From assembly GCA_973895155.1 (NCBI GenBank), contig OZ316893.1:28220210-28284209 (forward strand): a stretch of 64,000 bases of DNA. Direction: 5' to 3'. Positions 24,435 to 37,664 of the stretch are shown here, piece by piece. The stretch is from Marsupella aquatica (taxonomy: Eukaryota > Plantae > Marchantiophyta). The notes under the pieces were generated by a model that was given only the letters and a program-made list of their open reading frames with translations, made no database searches and was not told where the DNA came from. Position 1 is the stretch's first letter. Every line of letters starts with the position of its first letter. Made by a program: the position numbers and the translations under genes.

Positions 24435-27400
24435 TCAATCAGCACCGCCGCCGCTAGAGGGCACCAAGAGAATCCTGTCCCCACCCCGTCTCAGCCAGAT
24501 TTGCCTCGTTCCCCGCAACCATTCCTGAGCCCGGTTCAACCGAGAGCGACGCCGCCCAAAGCGTAAACCAGCCCCAACCGCATGGATGTGATTGGCAGTC
24601 TCAGCAAGCATCAGGCCCAAGTCAAATGAACGTCCCACCTTGTCAGAGAACATATGTTCATTTCTTCCTAGCCAAATCATCCAGAGAGTCTGATATACAC
24701 AAAAGATCCTAGCAGTGTGAATAGGCTCCGGTCCTGTCGATGCATCAAGAATAGCCAGCAGACCACCTCCAATGGGTAAGCAAAGCTCCGTCAAAATCCT
24801 GTCACACATCCTCCAGCAACATGAGGCATGGGAACATTCAATGAACAAATGTTGCATCGTCTCCAAGACCCCACAACAAAGCTTGCAATTCCCAGTACCA
24901 GCCTGGATACGGAGGGCCCGTTGACCAGTAAACAATCCACCAACCAGGATCCGCCAGATAAAGGTTTTTGCCCTGCAGGAGAGGTCAGAAATCCACAGCT
25001 TCTTCCATCCAATGCACCATTCAATTTCCGACCGGTGTGAGGACCAGCACCTATTAAGCAGCACATGAAGGCTCATCTTGGGTCTCAAGAACTGGTAGAC
25101 CCTGCAGTTGGTGATCTGAAAGTCCTTGAGAGGTTCTGCCCTGTCAGACCAGCGCCACTGTCTGGCCGGAGGATCCCTGTCCCACCTGCAGGCAGTTGAC
25201 TCCCAAATTCTCCCTAGGAACGCTCTAGCCAGCCCTCTGTGCTCCCCCGTGAATCCTTGCAGCACCTGCCCCCTAAGCGGAAGGTCTTTCCAGCCCCCTG
25301 TCTCCATCGACCATCCGTCCTGAATTGATCTCATTCCCAAGCGTCCACAAATAGCAGTGACTCCTACAATGTCCACATTTGGCAATGAATTGAAATCTAC
25401 CATACATCTAATTGCATCGTTAATGCTCCAGCGTCTAGGGGCACCATATCTCCCAGGACAAAAAGCCAGATGGGCACGCAGCTCCTCCCAAGCCTTCCAT
25501 AGACCACTTGTATACCTGAGACCACCGCCTGCCCTAGGAGTACAGAGCAGAAGCCTATCCTTGAACGTGTAATTGTTTCTTCTGATCACCTTGTAATTCA
25601 ACCATCCCATTAAAGATAAGTTGGCTGCCAGCATCTTCGACCATTCCCTGTCTGGATACTCTAGGGCCTTAGTGAACCATTGTGATAATAATGCATTGGA
25701 GTGGCTTCTGAAGTCCTTGAATCCCAGGCCGCCCTCTATTTTTGGAAGTGTCATCTTGTCCCATGCCTCCAGCGGAATTTTCTTCCCACCTGCAGGATTA
25801 TATCCCCACAGAAAATCTCTACTGAGGGCAATGAGTTTCTTGGCCAGACCCGCTGAAGCCTTGAGGTGCATCACATGGTAGATTGGGATGGCCTGGAGCA
25901 CGTGTTTGACCAATAAGGTTCGACCTGTGAAAGAGAGGAGCTTATTTGTCCAGGATGACAGTCGTGAGCTGATTTTATCTAGGCAGAATCTGTGCAGTTG
26001 CTCAGTCTTCAGCCCGGCCCCCAAGGGAGCGCCCAGATATTTCTGAACCTCCCCCATTGCACTCACTTGACAGCCAGAGTACAGCAGCCAATCCGGGATG
26101 ACCTCAATTGCCAAGGGAATCACCACAGATTTTCGTAGGTTCAGCTTTGCTCCAGAACCCATTTCATAACATGCAAGTGCAGTTTGTGCCTGGGTGAAAG
26201 CTTCCTCCGTGGCAGGAATGAACATTCCAACATCATCTGCGAATAATCTGTAGCATATTGTGAGTGTGTCCGTGATTGACAGTCCACTAAGTCTCCCAGC
26301 CTCCATCTCCGCAGCTAAGAAGTCCATCAGCGGTTGTGTTGAGATGACAAAAAGTAGGGGCGACAAGGGGCAGCCCTGTCTCACCCCCCTCTTAAGCTCA
26401 ATCATACCCGTCGCAAAACCATTGACCATTGCCTTCGAGAAAGATCCAGCCAACAAAGCCCGTACCAGTGTGATAAAGTGGCCACTTATTCCCAGTAAGT
26501 GCATTGTGTCCCATATGTATTCGTGATTCACCCTGTCAAAGGCCTTTTCGAAATCCAACTTCAAGAAAAGTGCCTCCGTCTTCTTGTGCTGTATCCAGTC
26601 ACATGCGAGCCAGGCCAGTGAGATGTTTTCCAGAATGTGGCGCCCCTGTATAAATCCGGTCTGTTGGGGGCTGATTATCTTGTTCATGATTTCTTGTAAC
26701 CGCAATGCCAGGATCTTAGCAATGACTTTGTACGTTGTGTTCAACATTGTAAGGGGACGCCAGTCCTTCAGTGATCTCTTATCAGGCTTCTTCGGAATGA
26801 GCTTTATTATCCCTTCTTTTAACGCACTATCAATCTCTCCTGTCATCCAGAATTCTTGTATCATTTCCACCAAGTCCTGTCCCAGAAACTCCCAGCATGC
26901 GCGCAGTACTTCTGCCGTTAAGCCGTCTGGGCCAGGCGATTTGTCTCCTGGTAGCATCCAAAGCACTTCCTTCACCTCTTTAGTTGTCGGGAGAGCTTCC
27001 AATTTCATTCTCTCTGCCGCTGTAAGCGCAAATTTTGTGTGTTGCAGTAGACGTCTCCTCTCTTGCCGTCGTTCTTGTGTCTCCCTTTGTGAGGGTTCCT
27101 GCGGTGCATAAAGTGCTTGACACATTTTCTCCACTTCAAGCACAATGCTTGCCGCCTCTGTTATCTCCGTCCCATCCTCTTTGAGAATCAGGTTCATGGT
27201 TTCTCGGGCGCGTTTAGCCTTTACTATCGCATAGAAGAACTTTGTTGATTCGTCTCCTTCTCCCAGCCATTTAATCCTTGCAAGTCTCCGTCCCTTATTA
27301 GCCACTTCCAACTCGGTTGCATGCAGTGTGTCTTCCGTTTCCGTGTATTCCTTGATTTCATCCTCTGTGTGTTCCTCCAGAATGGATGCTTTCAGTGCTC

Positions 27401-28379
27401 TCATTCTCGCTCTAAGAAACTCCATCTCAACCTCTGCTAGCCTTGGTCTTGCTTGTAACTCCATGTATTTTTGCCTAAAATTGGAGCACGCTTTTGAAAA
27501 TCGCAGCACAGGGTTTGCAAATTCCCTCCTTCCTTCCCTCCAGGCTCCTTCTAGAAGCGCCAGGTCCTCCTTGTTGCTTAGAAGCGCTGGATTGGCCATG
27601 AATAGTCTCACCTTACCTCGCTCCACCTTCTGACCTGCATCTCTGAACCTCCCTTTCAGTATCACCGGGTCATGGTCTGATAACGCTGATCCTCCTTCAT
27701 GCACCAGCTCTACTCTCTCCTCTAACCACCATCCCTTCTCGCTAATGTAGAACCTATCTAATCGGGATTGTACCATTAATCCCCTTCTCATCCTTCTCCA
27801 TGTGAATTGGGCACCCATAGCGCCCCCGGTGATCTCCCACGCATCTACCAGGTCAAAGCGCGTTTTTAAGAAGCGCCAGAATTCCGCTTCTCTTCCGCCG
27901 ATCAGAGGTGATCTCCCGGTTGAGTCCGCTCTTCTTTCTGTCATGTTGAAGTCGCCACAGATGATCCAGTTTACCTACGGAAGCTCATCCTTAAGCTCAT
28001 TCCATAGCAAAGCCCTTAAGTCAGCCGAGTTTGGTGCATAGATAGATGCCACTCCATAATTGCCTCCTTCATTCTCAATGATTATCCACACAGCTCTGCC
28101 AAGGTCCAGTTTGCCTGATGCTACCACCTTCAAAGACGGGTGGACCAGAAGTGCCGTTCCTCCCCTGCCTTCCACTGGTGCCGATGAGAAGTGTTGATAG
28201 TTTGAGAGAATTGTTCTCAGAGCCATGTCCAAACGGAATTGATCCGTCTTCACTTCTTGTAGAGCTAGGCATCCCAGCGGAAATCGCAGTGCCTGTACCC
28301 AGTTTTTGATGACATGTTTGCGGTTTGTCTCACACAACCCACAGACGTTCCATGTGGCAATCCGCATTATGTTCTCCAT
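24435..28379 (-). pseudogene. LINE ORF2 (APE endonuclease, RT, zf-RVT), one in-frame stop
   Basis: IATWNVCGL, LQE, IYAPN, GDFN, SRLDRFY, SDHDP; KSPGPDG, WRPLTMLN, LDFEKAFD, RQGCPLSP, LFADD, KYLG; C-x2-C...ET..HLF..C. TAG at 27975-27977. Confidence 0.93.
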
Positions 28380-28444
28380 CCCCTCCCCCCCCCCCCCCGC
28401 TGCTCCCCAAGTCGAGTGGTGCACTTGGTCAGCACACCGTCACC

Positions 28445-30609
28445 CTAGATACGATTCCGTCCTCCAGGGGATAGCATCCAGCCCTGAGAGCCACTCCCCG
28501 TTTGCTGCTCAGTCAATCCCCCTATCAGGGAGTAGTCGTCTCTCATCTTAGTTTGTGCTGCGCCTCTTTGTTCACTTCTCGAACTCCTCGTTTCAGGGCT
28601 GAGCAATCTGTTTGTCCTTGTTGAGCTTTCGCCCGCACCTGCATCAGACATGGATCCTCGTGAGAAGTACAGCGAACGTTGTTTTTTTGCTTCACCCTTC
28701 GGCTTATCTTTATCTTCAGTTGGGGGGGTTCTCAATTCTTGTTTCCTGGTTTGTGCTTTGAGTTTGCTATTCGATATGTAAGCTTCATATTCTGACATCT
28801 CTGCATCGGTGTCCCCATGGTACGAGAAATTCCCTTCGGCTTCTACCTCTAAGAGCGATCCTGGAAGCCCGAGTGTGTCTGTTCTGGCCTTCGTGCTGAA
28901 TTCCGGCCCAAAGCTTGGTGCACTGGCATTTAGAACAGAGCCTCTGCGGTCTGTGTTACCTCCAGGATCCCGGGCCAGTCCACTCCCAGGTGGGAAGTCT
29001 CGCGAATTCCCCTTAGTCCTAGTCGGTTCCCATCTCACCATGGCGTCCAAGGGTCCACGAGTGGGCTCCAGCAATTCCATCCCAATAGCACCCACATTCG
29101 GCCGTTGTGGGTTAGCTGGAGTTCCTTTGTCCGGTTCTCTAACATCTGTCGCAATGATCAGCTCCACATGGGCAATTTCCTCCTCAACTGAGTTTTTCCG
29201 GATCGTGTTCGCCTGCCGCTCTTGGTTCTCCCTGAATTTAACCTGGACCATAGCATTCTCTTGGGCCTTTTGTATCTCTTCTGGGTCAGCCTCCGAGTGT
29301 CGTTCGTCGTCTTTTTCATCAGGTATTTCCAGCACACTCGTCGGCCTCTGCCCTTCATCTCCTTCTCGACAGCTGCGGGCTAGATGCCCTTTCTTATGGC
29401 ATTTGTAGCAGTGGTAAGGAATATTGCGGAAGGTCACCGGTTGCCAAATTACTATATCCTTCTGAATTTTCACTCGAACACTTGCCGGTATCTCCCTGTC
29501 AGTGTCCCATAATATGCATGCACGGTCATGTGGGTAAGAACTGAATTGGTCTCCTTGAATGTAGTATAGTAGGGTGCCAAGCGCGCTTGCAATTTTCCTT
29601 CTGCATCCTTCCAGCTCCAAGGCTCTAAATGGTAGCTCAATCCATACTGGCAGTTTGGTGTAAGACTCATTTTTTATGTCAAAGGTTGGATCCCATGGGA
29701 AGGTGTATACAAATCTATTTTCCATAAACCATGGCGCCCCATTCAGTGCCAGATCCGATGATCAGGTTCTTCAAAGATTACCATGTAAAAAAATTTCCCC
29801 ACAAACTTGACTTGTAGTACCGGCCAGCGCCCTTGGCTAGTCATTTCGTCTTCTACCCAGTCTCTGAAGGCTGGAAGCAATGGGGTTCTGTTTGTGAAGT
29901 AGCATAGCAAGGCACAGTTATATAATTGCCTCACATTCATAGCTGCTTCCGTCATGTTCCATTCAACTGTGGCAAACAGCTTTTTGTCAAGGTCACCCTT
30001 AGAGCGGTGTGCTACAGCTCTCAGAATTCTGATACATTCCTCCGATGTTTCCTCCTCTTCAGCTCCTTCGCGGCCCCGTGTATCAGGATTCCGGGTACCA
30101 TTTGAGATTCCACAGATTCCAGGACCCTCTCCCCTGAGCTCTGCACCTCTCAGGCTACGTCGTGTCTCTCCATCCAAGGCTGGGACCTTGTCCCGAGCTG
30201 AGCCGCCGCCATTCTCATCCTCTTCCATGTCCATCAGATCGTCCTGTATCTCCCGTTGTGAGCCGGCTGAGCCCCCCCTACTCTCTCCCTGTAGGCCAGG
30301 ATTGCCTCCTCCCTTTCTCTCCCGCCGTGGTCCGTCCCCATCATTCCGCGCATCTTGCGCCGAGAATTGGTTGCACCTCCCCACTCCCTCCTCTCCGAGT
30401 TTTCCTTTATTCTGAGAGGCCAAACCAACCAGATTGGTCTCGCGCCCTCTCATCCCCTGGAGCGTCCCCGTTCTAGTCTGGACAGCCATCGGTGTAGCCA
30501 CTCGGATGTTCCTTGATTCAGAAAGACGTCCATTCCGATCGCTTCTTCCACGAGATGTGGTTTCTGAGCGCCCGTAGTAGTCCAATCCCTTTTCACCTTC
30601 GCCCGACAT
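28445..30609 (-). pseudogene. LINE ORF1 (DUF4283-like region plus CCHC zinc knuckle), frameshifted near 29750
   Basis: FFYMVIFE...APWFMENRFVYTFPWDPTF, LPVWIELP, CYKCHKKGHLARSC. Confidence 0.85.
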
Positions 30610-31382
30610 TAAATTAATGTATGCAATGACAGTCAGACGGCGTTAATAAGATGTTCGGGGCAGTGCTTACCTTGTAATCGAAGAGGGCTCCAGGCTCCTC
30701 TCGAGTCCACTGGGTCCAATCTCATTAACCAAGATGTCCTTCCCGAACTATTCCATAATTCTCCCGTCAGAATAGAACCACTCAGGCACACTTTGTGCCG
30801 CCTTAACTCTTCTCTGCATGTTCCGCCATCCTCTTTGGCAATGTCAGCTCCAAACACTTTTAGGAATTTGAGTGCCGCCACTCGCTGTCCAATCCGAGCT
30901 TGCAGACACCAAGGTCCGTTGCCGTAATCCACACCGTTTGTTTCAGTCGCCCACTGTAGCACCCCACCAGATCGATGCGAACCCCTGTTCCAATGTGTCT
31001 ACCTTTTAATCCCCGCCTCCAAAAGTGGCAGCGGGAAAGGTGCTCCCGCTAGACTAACGCATCGGCTCATCCGCCACCCCTGGCTCCAACTCTCATGACC
31101 GGATCTCCACAATTGTGCTCCCGCAATCCAGACTAGTATTCCACCCTAAAACAGCAGAACCGGCTCTAAAGCGGATCCCGATCGTAGCGATGGCGAGAGA
31201 GAGCAGAAAAAGCTTCGTGCAGAAGCAGGGGTCACCCTCGTATCGATTCCACCCCTCTCGAGAAGCTTTTTGCCCCTCTCAATCTCCTTCTGGAAGGTCG
31301 AAACGCTCATGGATGAGCACAAGTCCCTCCGCCCTTCTTCGCAAGTCCACTGTCAGTTAGCTCGTTCAGCCCCAACAACACC

Positions 31383-32044
31383 TGGGGCCAAACAAGGAAG
31401 CAAGAACTGTCCTTCACAGCTTCATGGGGTGAAGAGGACACAAGGTCTTGCAAAATTGCCATACTGGTCAGTGAGTAAAATCACACTGGCATTCACCTTT
31501 TTTACTTTAAGATATTGCATAGTACCAGCATTGTACACACATGTCAATTTGCAGTTGGACTGATCTGCTTTTTGTTGTTTGGATGCAGAAACTTCTGATC
31601 AACCATGTGCTGGATCCCATGCACACAGAGAAGAACATTGCTCAGAATTTGATTCACACTACTTCTGGGAAGAAGGATACCACTACTGTGCGGAATGATA
31701 TGGAGGCTGAAGGCATTCATGAGCAGGTGTGGATGAAGCCTCATCCAAACAATAAGAAGGACCATTTTGTGAAGCCCAGGGCGCCCTATGTGATGAGCAA
31801 ACCAGAGCTGGAGAAGTTCCTGGGCACTTTGAAGAACTTGAAGGTTCCCACAAATTTTGGTAGCTCATTGGCAAAGTGTGTGAGAGCCAGCAATAAGTTG
31901 GATGGCCTCAAGTCTCATGACTACCATTGCCTCATGCAACAGATACTTCCCTTGGCATTGAAGGACTTGATGGCAACAGGACCTCGTATGGCTATCATTA
32001 GTGTGTGTTGTGTGTGGCGTAAAATTTGTTGTAAGGTCTGGGAC
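31383..32044 (+). pseudogene. CACTA TnpD fragment 3 (with a probable intron at ~31471-31588)
   Basis: HGVKRTQGLAKLPYW, GTGAGT...CAG, then LLINHVLDPMHTEKN...GLKSHDYHCLMQQILP. Confidence 0.88.
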
Positions 32045-33971
32045 TGTCAAATACTTGTCAAGGAGCTTAAGCGGCTTTTCTCCCCAAAAGACTACCTAAT
32101 ACCTGCTCCATATCATACCAGGTCACAAAGGATTGACAAAACTTCTGAAATGTGCTTACAATGTCTTATCACTCCATACATAAGTAGTTTCAACTCTCCA
32201 CTTCTAGAGAGGTAGTCCCCTTGACTACTTTCGTATTCACACCCTTCCCTTCTCCTCTACTCCAAGGATCAGCAAGGGGGATCTTCGCTCCAAGCTGTCA
32301 CCTTAGAGTAGATTCTCACACAAACACCCAAGAACCCAAAGTACTTTCCTCTTCAAGCTTAAGTCTCCTCAAGACCCTCAAAGTAGTATTATCCCTCAAC
32401 CTTGCCCCCTGGCCTTGGTTTGGGTTCACACATCCCCTTTGAGCTCTAGAGAAGGCTCCTCTATCTAAGGACTCTTCCTCTTGTACTTACTTTTTGTTAA
32501 CACGGTCACACACCAAGCAAAGTACTTTCCACCCTCAAGCTATAGTCCTCTCTAAGTCTCAAAGTAGTGCTCTACCTTAACCTTGCCTCCTTGGCCTTGA
32601 TTTTGTACTAGCACATCCCTTTTGAGCTTAGACCAGGATTACACCATAGCATGGACTCTTCTCTTGCTCCCATACACTTCAAATGCACTCACACTTAATG
32701 GTCACAATGAAGATTGACAAGTCTCCTTTTATTGTATCACCTTTACAACAAAAGTTCACTACACATTCTCCACACTAAGCATGGACCACCTCTCCCTTCT
32801 CAAGCTTAGCCCTACCTTGGCAAGGTAGAGATTCCACTTAAGAGATGAGACTCCCGGTCCCTAACAAATGAAAACTTCCTCCTTATATACTATTCTCCTT
32901 CCACACCACACCAAGGTAGCCCACCAAAGACCAAGGACCAAGGACCAAGGTAGCCCACCAAGGACCAAGGACCAAAGTAGAGGACCAAAGACCAAGGACC
33001 AAGGTAGCCCACCAAAGACCAAAGTGGAGGACCAAGGACCAAGGTCCAATCACCAAAGTCCTTCTAACTACCAAAGTCACATTACAACAAAAGTCCAACT
33101 AACTACCACTCTCACTCAAGCTCCTTCACCTTGTGATTGCCTGGTCTATTCAACCATCTCCTAGCCACCCTTGTGCTTGACTTATTCTTGCCTTGTGGTA
33201 GCCTCGTCGAAGCATTTTTACACTTAGTCGGATTTCGTTATTTTGGAAAAAATATAATTCCCCGGCCCATATTGTACCCACTGCCAAAAATCACCCACAA
33301 GGCCAAAAGGACTTTTGAGTAGATCCATAGATTCTCTGGACATAGAGCTATGTCTTGGCTTACTAAGATCTAAACAAAACCCTATAACCAATTTTCTAAA
33401 ATTAGGTAAAAAGGGTTAATTCTTATCTTTTCCAAAATTCTTCTCAACTTTGAGATGCTCCCAAAAAGTAACCAAAGGTAACCAAGTTCTCCCACAAGTT
33501 TCCAGGGATAGAGTTAACCTAATTTGAAACTTGGAACCCCTACCTTTTCCCATCAGCTATTTTTCCCGAGACCCGGTATTTGGTAACTTTAAGTTTTGCC
33601 AAAATACTTACAACTCCTAGGTTAAGACCCCACTTGACTTTGTGACTTTTATGTGTGGTCTAGGGACTACCTAGCACCTATAGGGTGAGTCTTAGCAAAA
33701 CTTATCACTCAAAAGTATCAGTCATGCCTTCCGCCCGACTTGCCGACTACCATAACTTTTTTCCGCCCTTACCAAATAACTTACTCAACTCTTGATACTT
33801 CTTAGAGAAACATGTCCTCTCCCTCAATTTATTTCCCTACTCTACTTCCTTAGTTATTAAGTTACCCTAAACCTAACAACTCCGCTAATCACTAAAACTA
33901 TGTAATTACTACTCCTTGAAAGCAAAAAACTGACGCATTTCCTACTCAAGCCTCCATTGAGCCATTCCACA
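32045..33971 (-). repeat. 3' LTR of Gypsy-2 (1927 bp)
   Basis: TGTCAAAT...ATTCCACA; direct repeat of 40114-42033; TATA-like GTATATAAGG on the minus strand near 32885; CCAAGGA-type tandem repeats at 32900-33050. Confidence 0.96.
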
Positions 33972-33987
33972 TAGCCCCCTACTTAAG
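33972..33987 (-). promoter_or_regulatory. Polypurine tract of Gypsy-2
   Basis: CTTAAGTAGGGGGCTA on the minus strand directly before the LTR; resembles the Gypsy-1 PPT. Confidence 0.88.
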
Positions 33988-34011
33988 TGTGTAGCGTCCC
34001 CGCAAACACAC

Positions 34012-37000
34012 TTATTCCTGATTATAGTATTGCTTCAATCGATCATGGTGCACTCTAGTAGGGAACACCTCTCCTTCAAGAGTAGCAAGCTGAATTGACC
34101 CATTAGCATAAACCTGGTGAACAACATAAGCACCCAACCATCGAGTATGCAACTTGCCTGGAAAATGAGCATACCTACTATCATAGAGTAATACCAACTG
34201 TCCAGCAAGTAAAGAAGTCGGCTTCTTCAACTTCTTGTCATGATGTTGCTTCACTTGAGCTTGCTTCTTCTTCACTTGCTTACTTGCTTCTTCCCGGATT
34301 TCTTCCAACTCCTCCAGCTGGTAAGCTCTCTCCATCAAACTCTGGTCAGCCTCCATTCTCTCCTCCACACTCACCCTCAAAGTAGGCACTTCAAACTCAA
34401 CAGGTACAAGTGAGTGTTGTCCAAATACTAGGTAGAAAGGACTATGGCCGGTTGTGGTCTTGAAAGCAAGGTTGTAGGAGTACACAGCTGAGTATAATTT
34501 GTCATCTCAATCAGTCTTGTGTGCCGCCACAGTTTTGTTCAAGATCTTGCCAATGATGCCATTAGCTCTCTCCGTTAATCCATTTGCCTTGGGGTGATAG
34601 GGAGTGGTCTTCCTATGCTTAATCAAGTACTGAGTAGTGAGCTCCTCCACGACCTCATTCAAGAAGTGAGTCCCCCTATCACTAACCAATTCGAGAGGTG
34701 GCCCAAATCTGGTAAAAATCTGCTGATACATGAACCTTGCTACTGTGAGAGCATTGTCCTTGCTTGTTGGTCTTGCCTCTACCCACTTAGTAGCATAATC
34801 AGTTGCAAGAAGGATGTATCGATTCCTTCTAGACCTGATCACAGGAGTGATGGGACCTATGAAATCTATACCCCATTTCTTAAAAGGTGCAAGAGGTAAA
34901 ATGGTGGTAAGAGGGTGATGCCTGGAGTGAGCTGGTTTACCTGTCCTTTGGCAAGGGTCACATCCCCTCACAAAAAGACTTACATCCTTATGAAGTGTTG
35001 GCCACCAATACCCTGCATCAAGGATCTTCCTTGCTGTTGTTGCACTTGCATAATGGCCACCAGCCTCCTCCTCATGCATAGCTCTCATCACAATGGAGAT
35101 TTCCTTCTTCTCCAAACACCTCCTTAGTCTCCCATCAACTCCTTCCTTGTGAAGGACACCCTTCACCAATAAATAGGGTCTGACTTTTTGCAGGAAAACA
35201 GCAGCCTCCTCTTGACTCAAATCTCTTGGTAGCCCGGTTGTGAGGAGAAATTGGATGATATCCAAGTACCATGTATCCCCTCCACTTCCCACATGAAAGA
35301 GGTCTTCATTTGGAAACTGATCATCCACCTCCTTCAAGTCAGCTTCTCCTTCAATCCTTGAGAAGAAGTCTGCATTCCCATGCTTCTTACCAGGCCTGAC
35401 CCTCACCTCATAATCAAACTCTTGGAGCAACAAGATCCACCTTGCCACTCTACCCGTTACATCAGGTTTATTCACCATATACTTGAGAGCATTGTGATCA
35501 GTATGGAAGACCACCTTATAGCCCAACAAGTAGTGCCTAAACTTCTTACAAGAGTAGATGATGCCTAGAGCTTCTCTATCGGTTGGTGAGTAATTCTTTT
35601 CAGCAGGTGCTAAAAGTCTACTTGATAAATAGATAGGGTGATCCTTATTCTGGTCATCAAGTTGACTGAGCACCACACCAATACAAAACCAAATACATCC
35701 ACATACACATGGAATTCGCTACTCCAATCAGGTGCTATCAAGATAGGAGCTTCAACCAACCTGTTCTTCAACTCCTGGAAACTTGCTAGCCTCTCAACTG
35801 AGGGTTCGACCTCAGCCCCCTTCTTAAGCATGCTGGTTAGGGGTAAAGCTACTTTAGCCAAGTCCTTAATGAACTTTCTATAGTAGTTTAAACATCCCAA
35901 GAATCCCCTCAACTCTGTTACTGAAGTTGGAAATTGGACAACCATCCAAACAACCACCTTTTCTTGATCCACCTCGATGCCTTTCTTGGATACCTTGTGA
36001 CCAAGTAGTATCCCTTCTTCCACACCAAAGAAGCACTTCCCTGGGTGAAGCTTCAAACCAACTTCCCTACATCTTTGGAAGGTCATCCTCAAATGTTCAA
36101 CATGGTCCTTCCTCCTTCCAAAAACAACAAAGTCATCTATGAATACTTCCAAGAACTTTCTCAAGTAGTCATGAAAGATATTCATCATCAACCTTTGGAA
36201 CATACCAGGGGCATTACAAAGACCAAAAGGCATCCTCCGAAAGGCATAAATCCCCCACTCAATAGTAAAGGCTGTCTTCAACTGGTCCTCTTTCCTTATC
36301 CAAATCTGGTTGTAACTTGAGTACCCATCTAGGAAGCTATACACTTCCCAACCAGCTACTAAGTCAAGTACCATATCAGTAAAGGGGATGGGATAGTGGT
36401 CCTTCTTAGTGGCCTCATTGAGTTTCCTAAAGTCTTGGCAAACTCGGATCTTAGGCTTACCATCCAAGCCTGGTTTCTTTGGTACAATGACAATTGGGGA
36501 AACCCACTCACTATTCAACACAGGATAGATGAAACCTGCTTCCAACAATTTTTCTCTCTTCTTTCACCATCAAGGAGTACTTGGGATTCATTCTATATTG
36601 CCTTTGTCTCACAGGTGAAGCTCCTAGCATCAAGTCAATTCTATGCTCACCAAGTTCAGGGTTTACACTAGTAAGATCCAAATGACTCCAAGCAAACACA
36701 TCCACATATTCACCTAGCAAATCTTGGATAGTTTTCTCTTCACCTGATCCCAAGGCATTTCCCAAGTTGAAGGTCTTGTCTTTCTGGACAGAGATGGTTC
36801 TGTACTGCTCAGCTCGAATCACCTCCATCTTGTTCCTCATTGTGGAGTCAAAAGTGTCTTCAAGTTGTGCCAATCTCATGCCTCCATAGACTGGTGCATT
36901 TTCAGCACTTAACTCCTCCTTCTCCTTGCTTGAATGCTGGTCTTCCTGAGTCTCATCCTCCTCTAAGTTTGCAGCCTCCAATTGGTCCTCCAGCTCCTTT

Positions 37001-37664
37001 ATCTTGAGCTTCAACAATGCTAGGTGTTTAGCCTTCACCCTCTGGTCATGAGTCCCCTTCTTGATCTCAACTTGGGTAGCACCCTTGCTGGTCTGATCAG
37101 CCTCCTGAGCCACTATGATAGTGCCTTCTTTGTTGTTCTCCTTGGATGAGGTGGCAGCCAGCTTCACCTCCTCTAGACTGGTCACTTCACTGATATTGGG
37201 CAGAGGTGAATGGTTGGGAAGAGCCTCTTGCTCTTGCTCGCTCCAAACACTTCTTCTTCAGTCCATTGGCTCACCATGTTCAACATGTATACCTCATCCT
37301 CATCAGATGCAAATTCGGTACTCAACTCATCGGAAAGTTCAGAATCATATTCATCCAACTCATCAGTAGTCTCTCCTTGATGCTTGTCATGACCCCATGA
37401 AACTGAAGTGGCAGGTTTGCCAAATCTAAACTCCTTCTTGCCCCAATCAGTTACCACTTGGGCTCCATACAACCAAGGCCTTCCAATCAAGATTGGATAA
37501 GTAGAGGGCCTTGCTGGTCTCATCACCAAGTAATTCAACAAGAACTCCTGCCCCCCAATGAGAGTAGGTACTTGAGTGAGAGTCCCCACCGGTAGCACTC
37601 TTGCTCCATTTGCTAGTCTCATTGTCCTTGCTGTTGGCTGAAGTTTCTTGGGCAGTAGCCTCAA
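34012..37664 (-). pseudogene. pol: Gypsy-2 pol (protease C-terminus, RT, RNase H, integrase), frameshifted
   Basis: Fragments 37182-37664, 36511-37185, 35610-36548 (FIDD), 34507-35676 and 34012-34485 carry the standard motifs in different frames. Confidence 0.95.

Larger units (their letters stand above)
24210..31370 (-). mobile_element. L1-clade LINE, near full length; boundaries approximate
   Basis: ORF1 plus ORF2 on the minus strand; T-run at ~24210 is a candidate poly(A) tail; TnpD resumes at ~31383; no convincing TSD found. Confidence 0.85.

Noticed and set aside
24130-31380. CAACAACA at 24130 and 31373 as the LINE TSD
   Set aside because: Low complexity, not adjacent to the T-run, and it does not clearly restore the TnpD sequence.
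31541-32215. 224-aa ORF as an intact protein (likewise the C-termini of 14439-15197 and 8875-9846)
   Set aside because: Chimeric read-through across insertion junctions.
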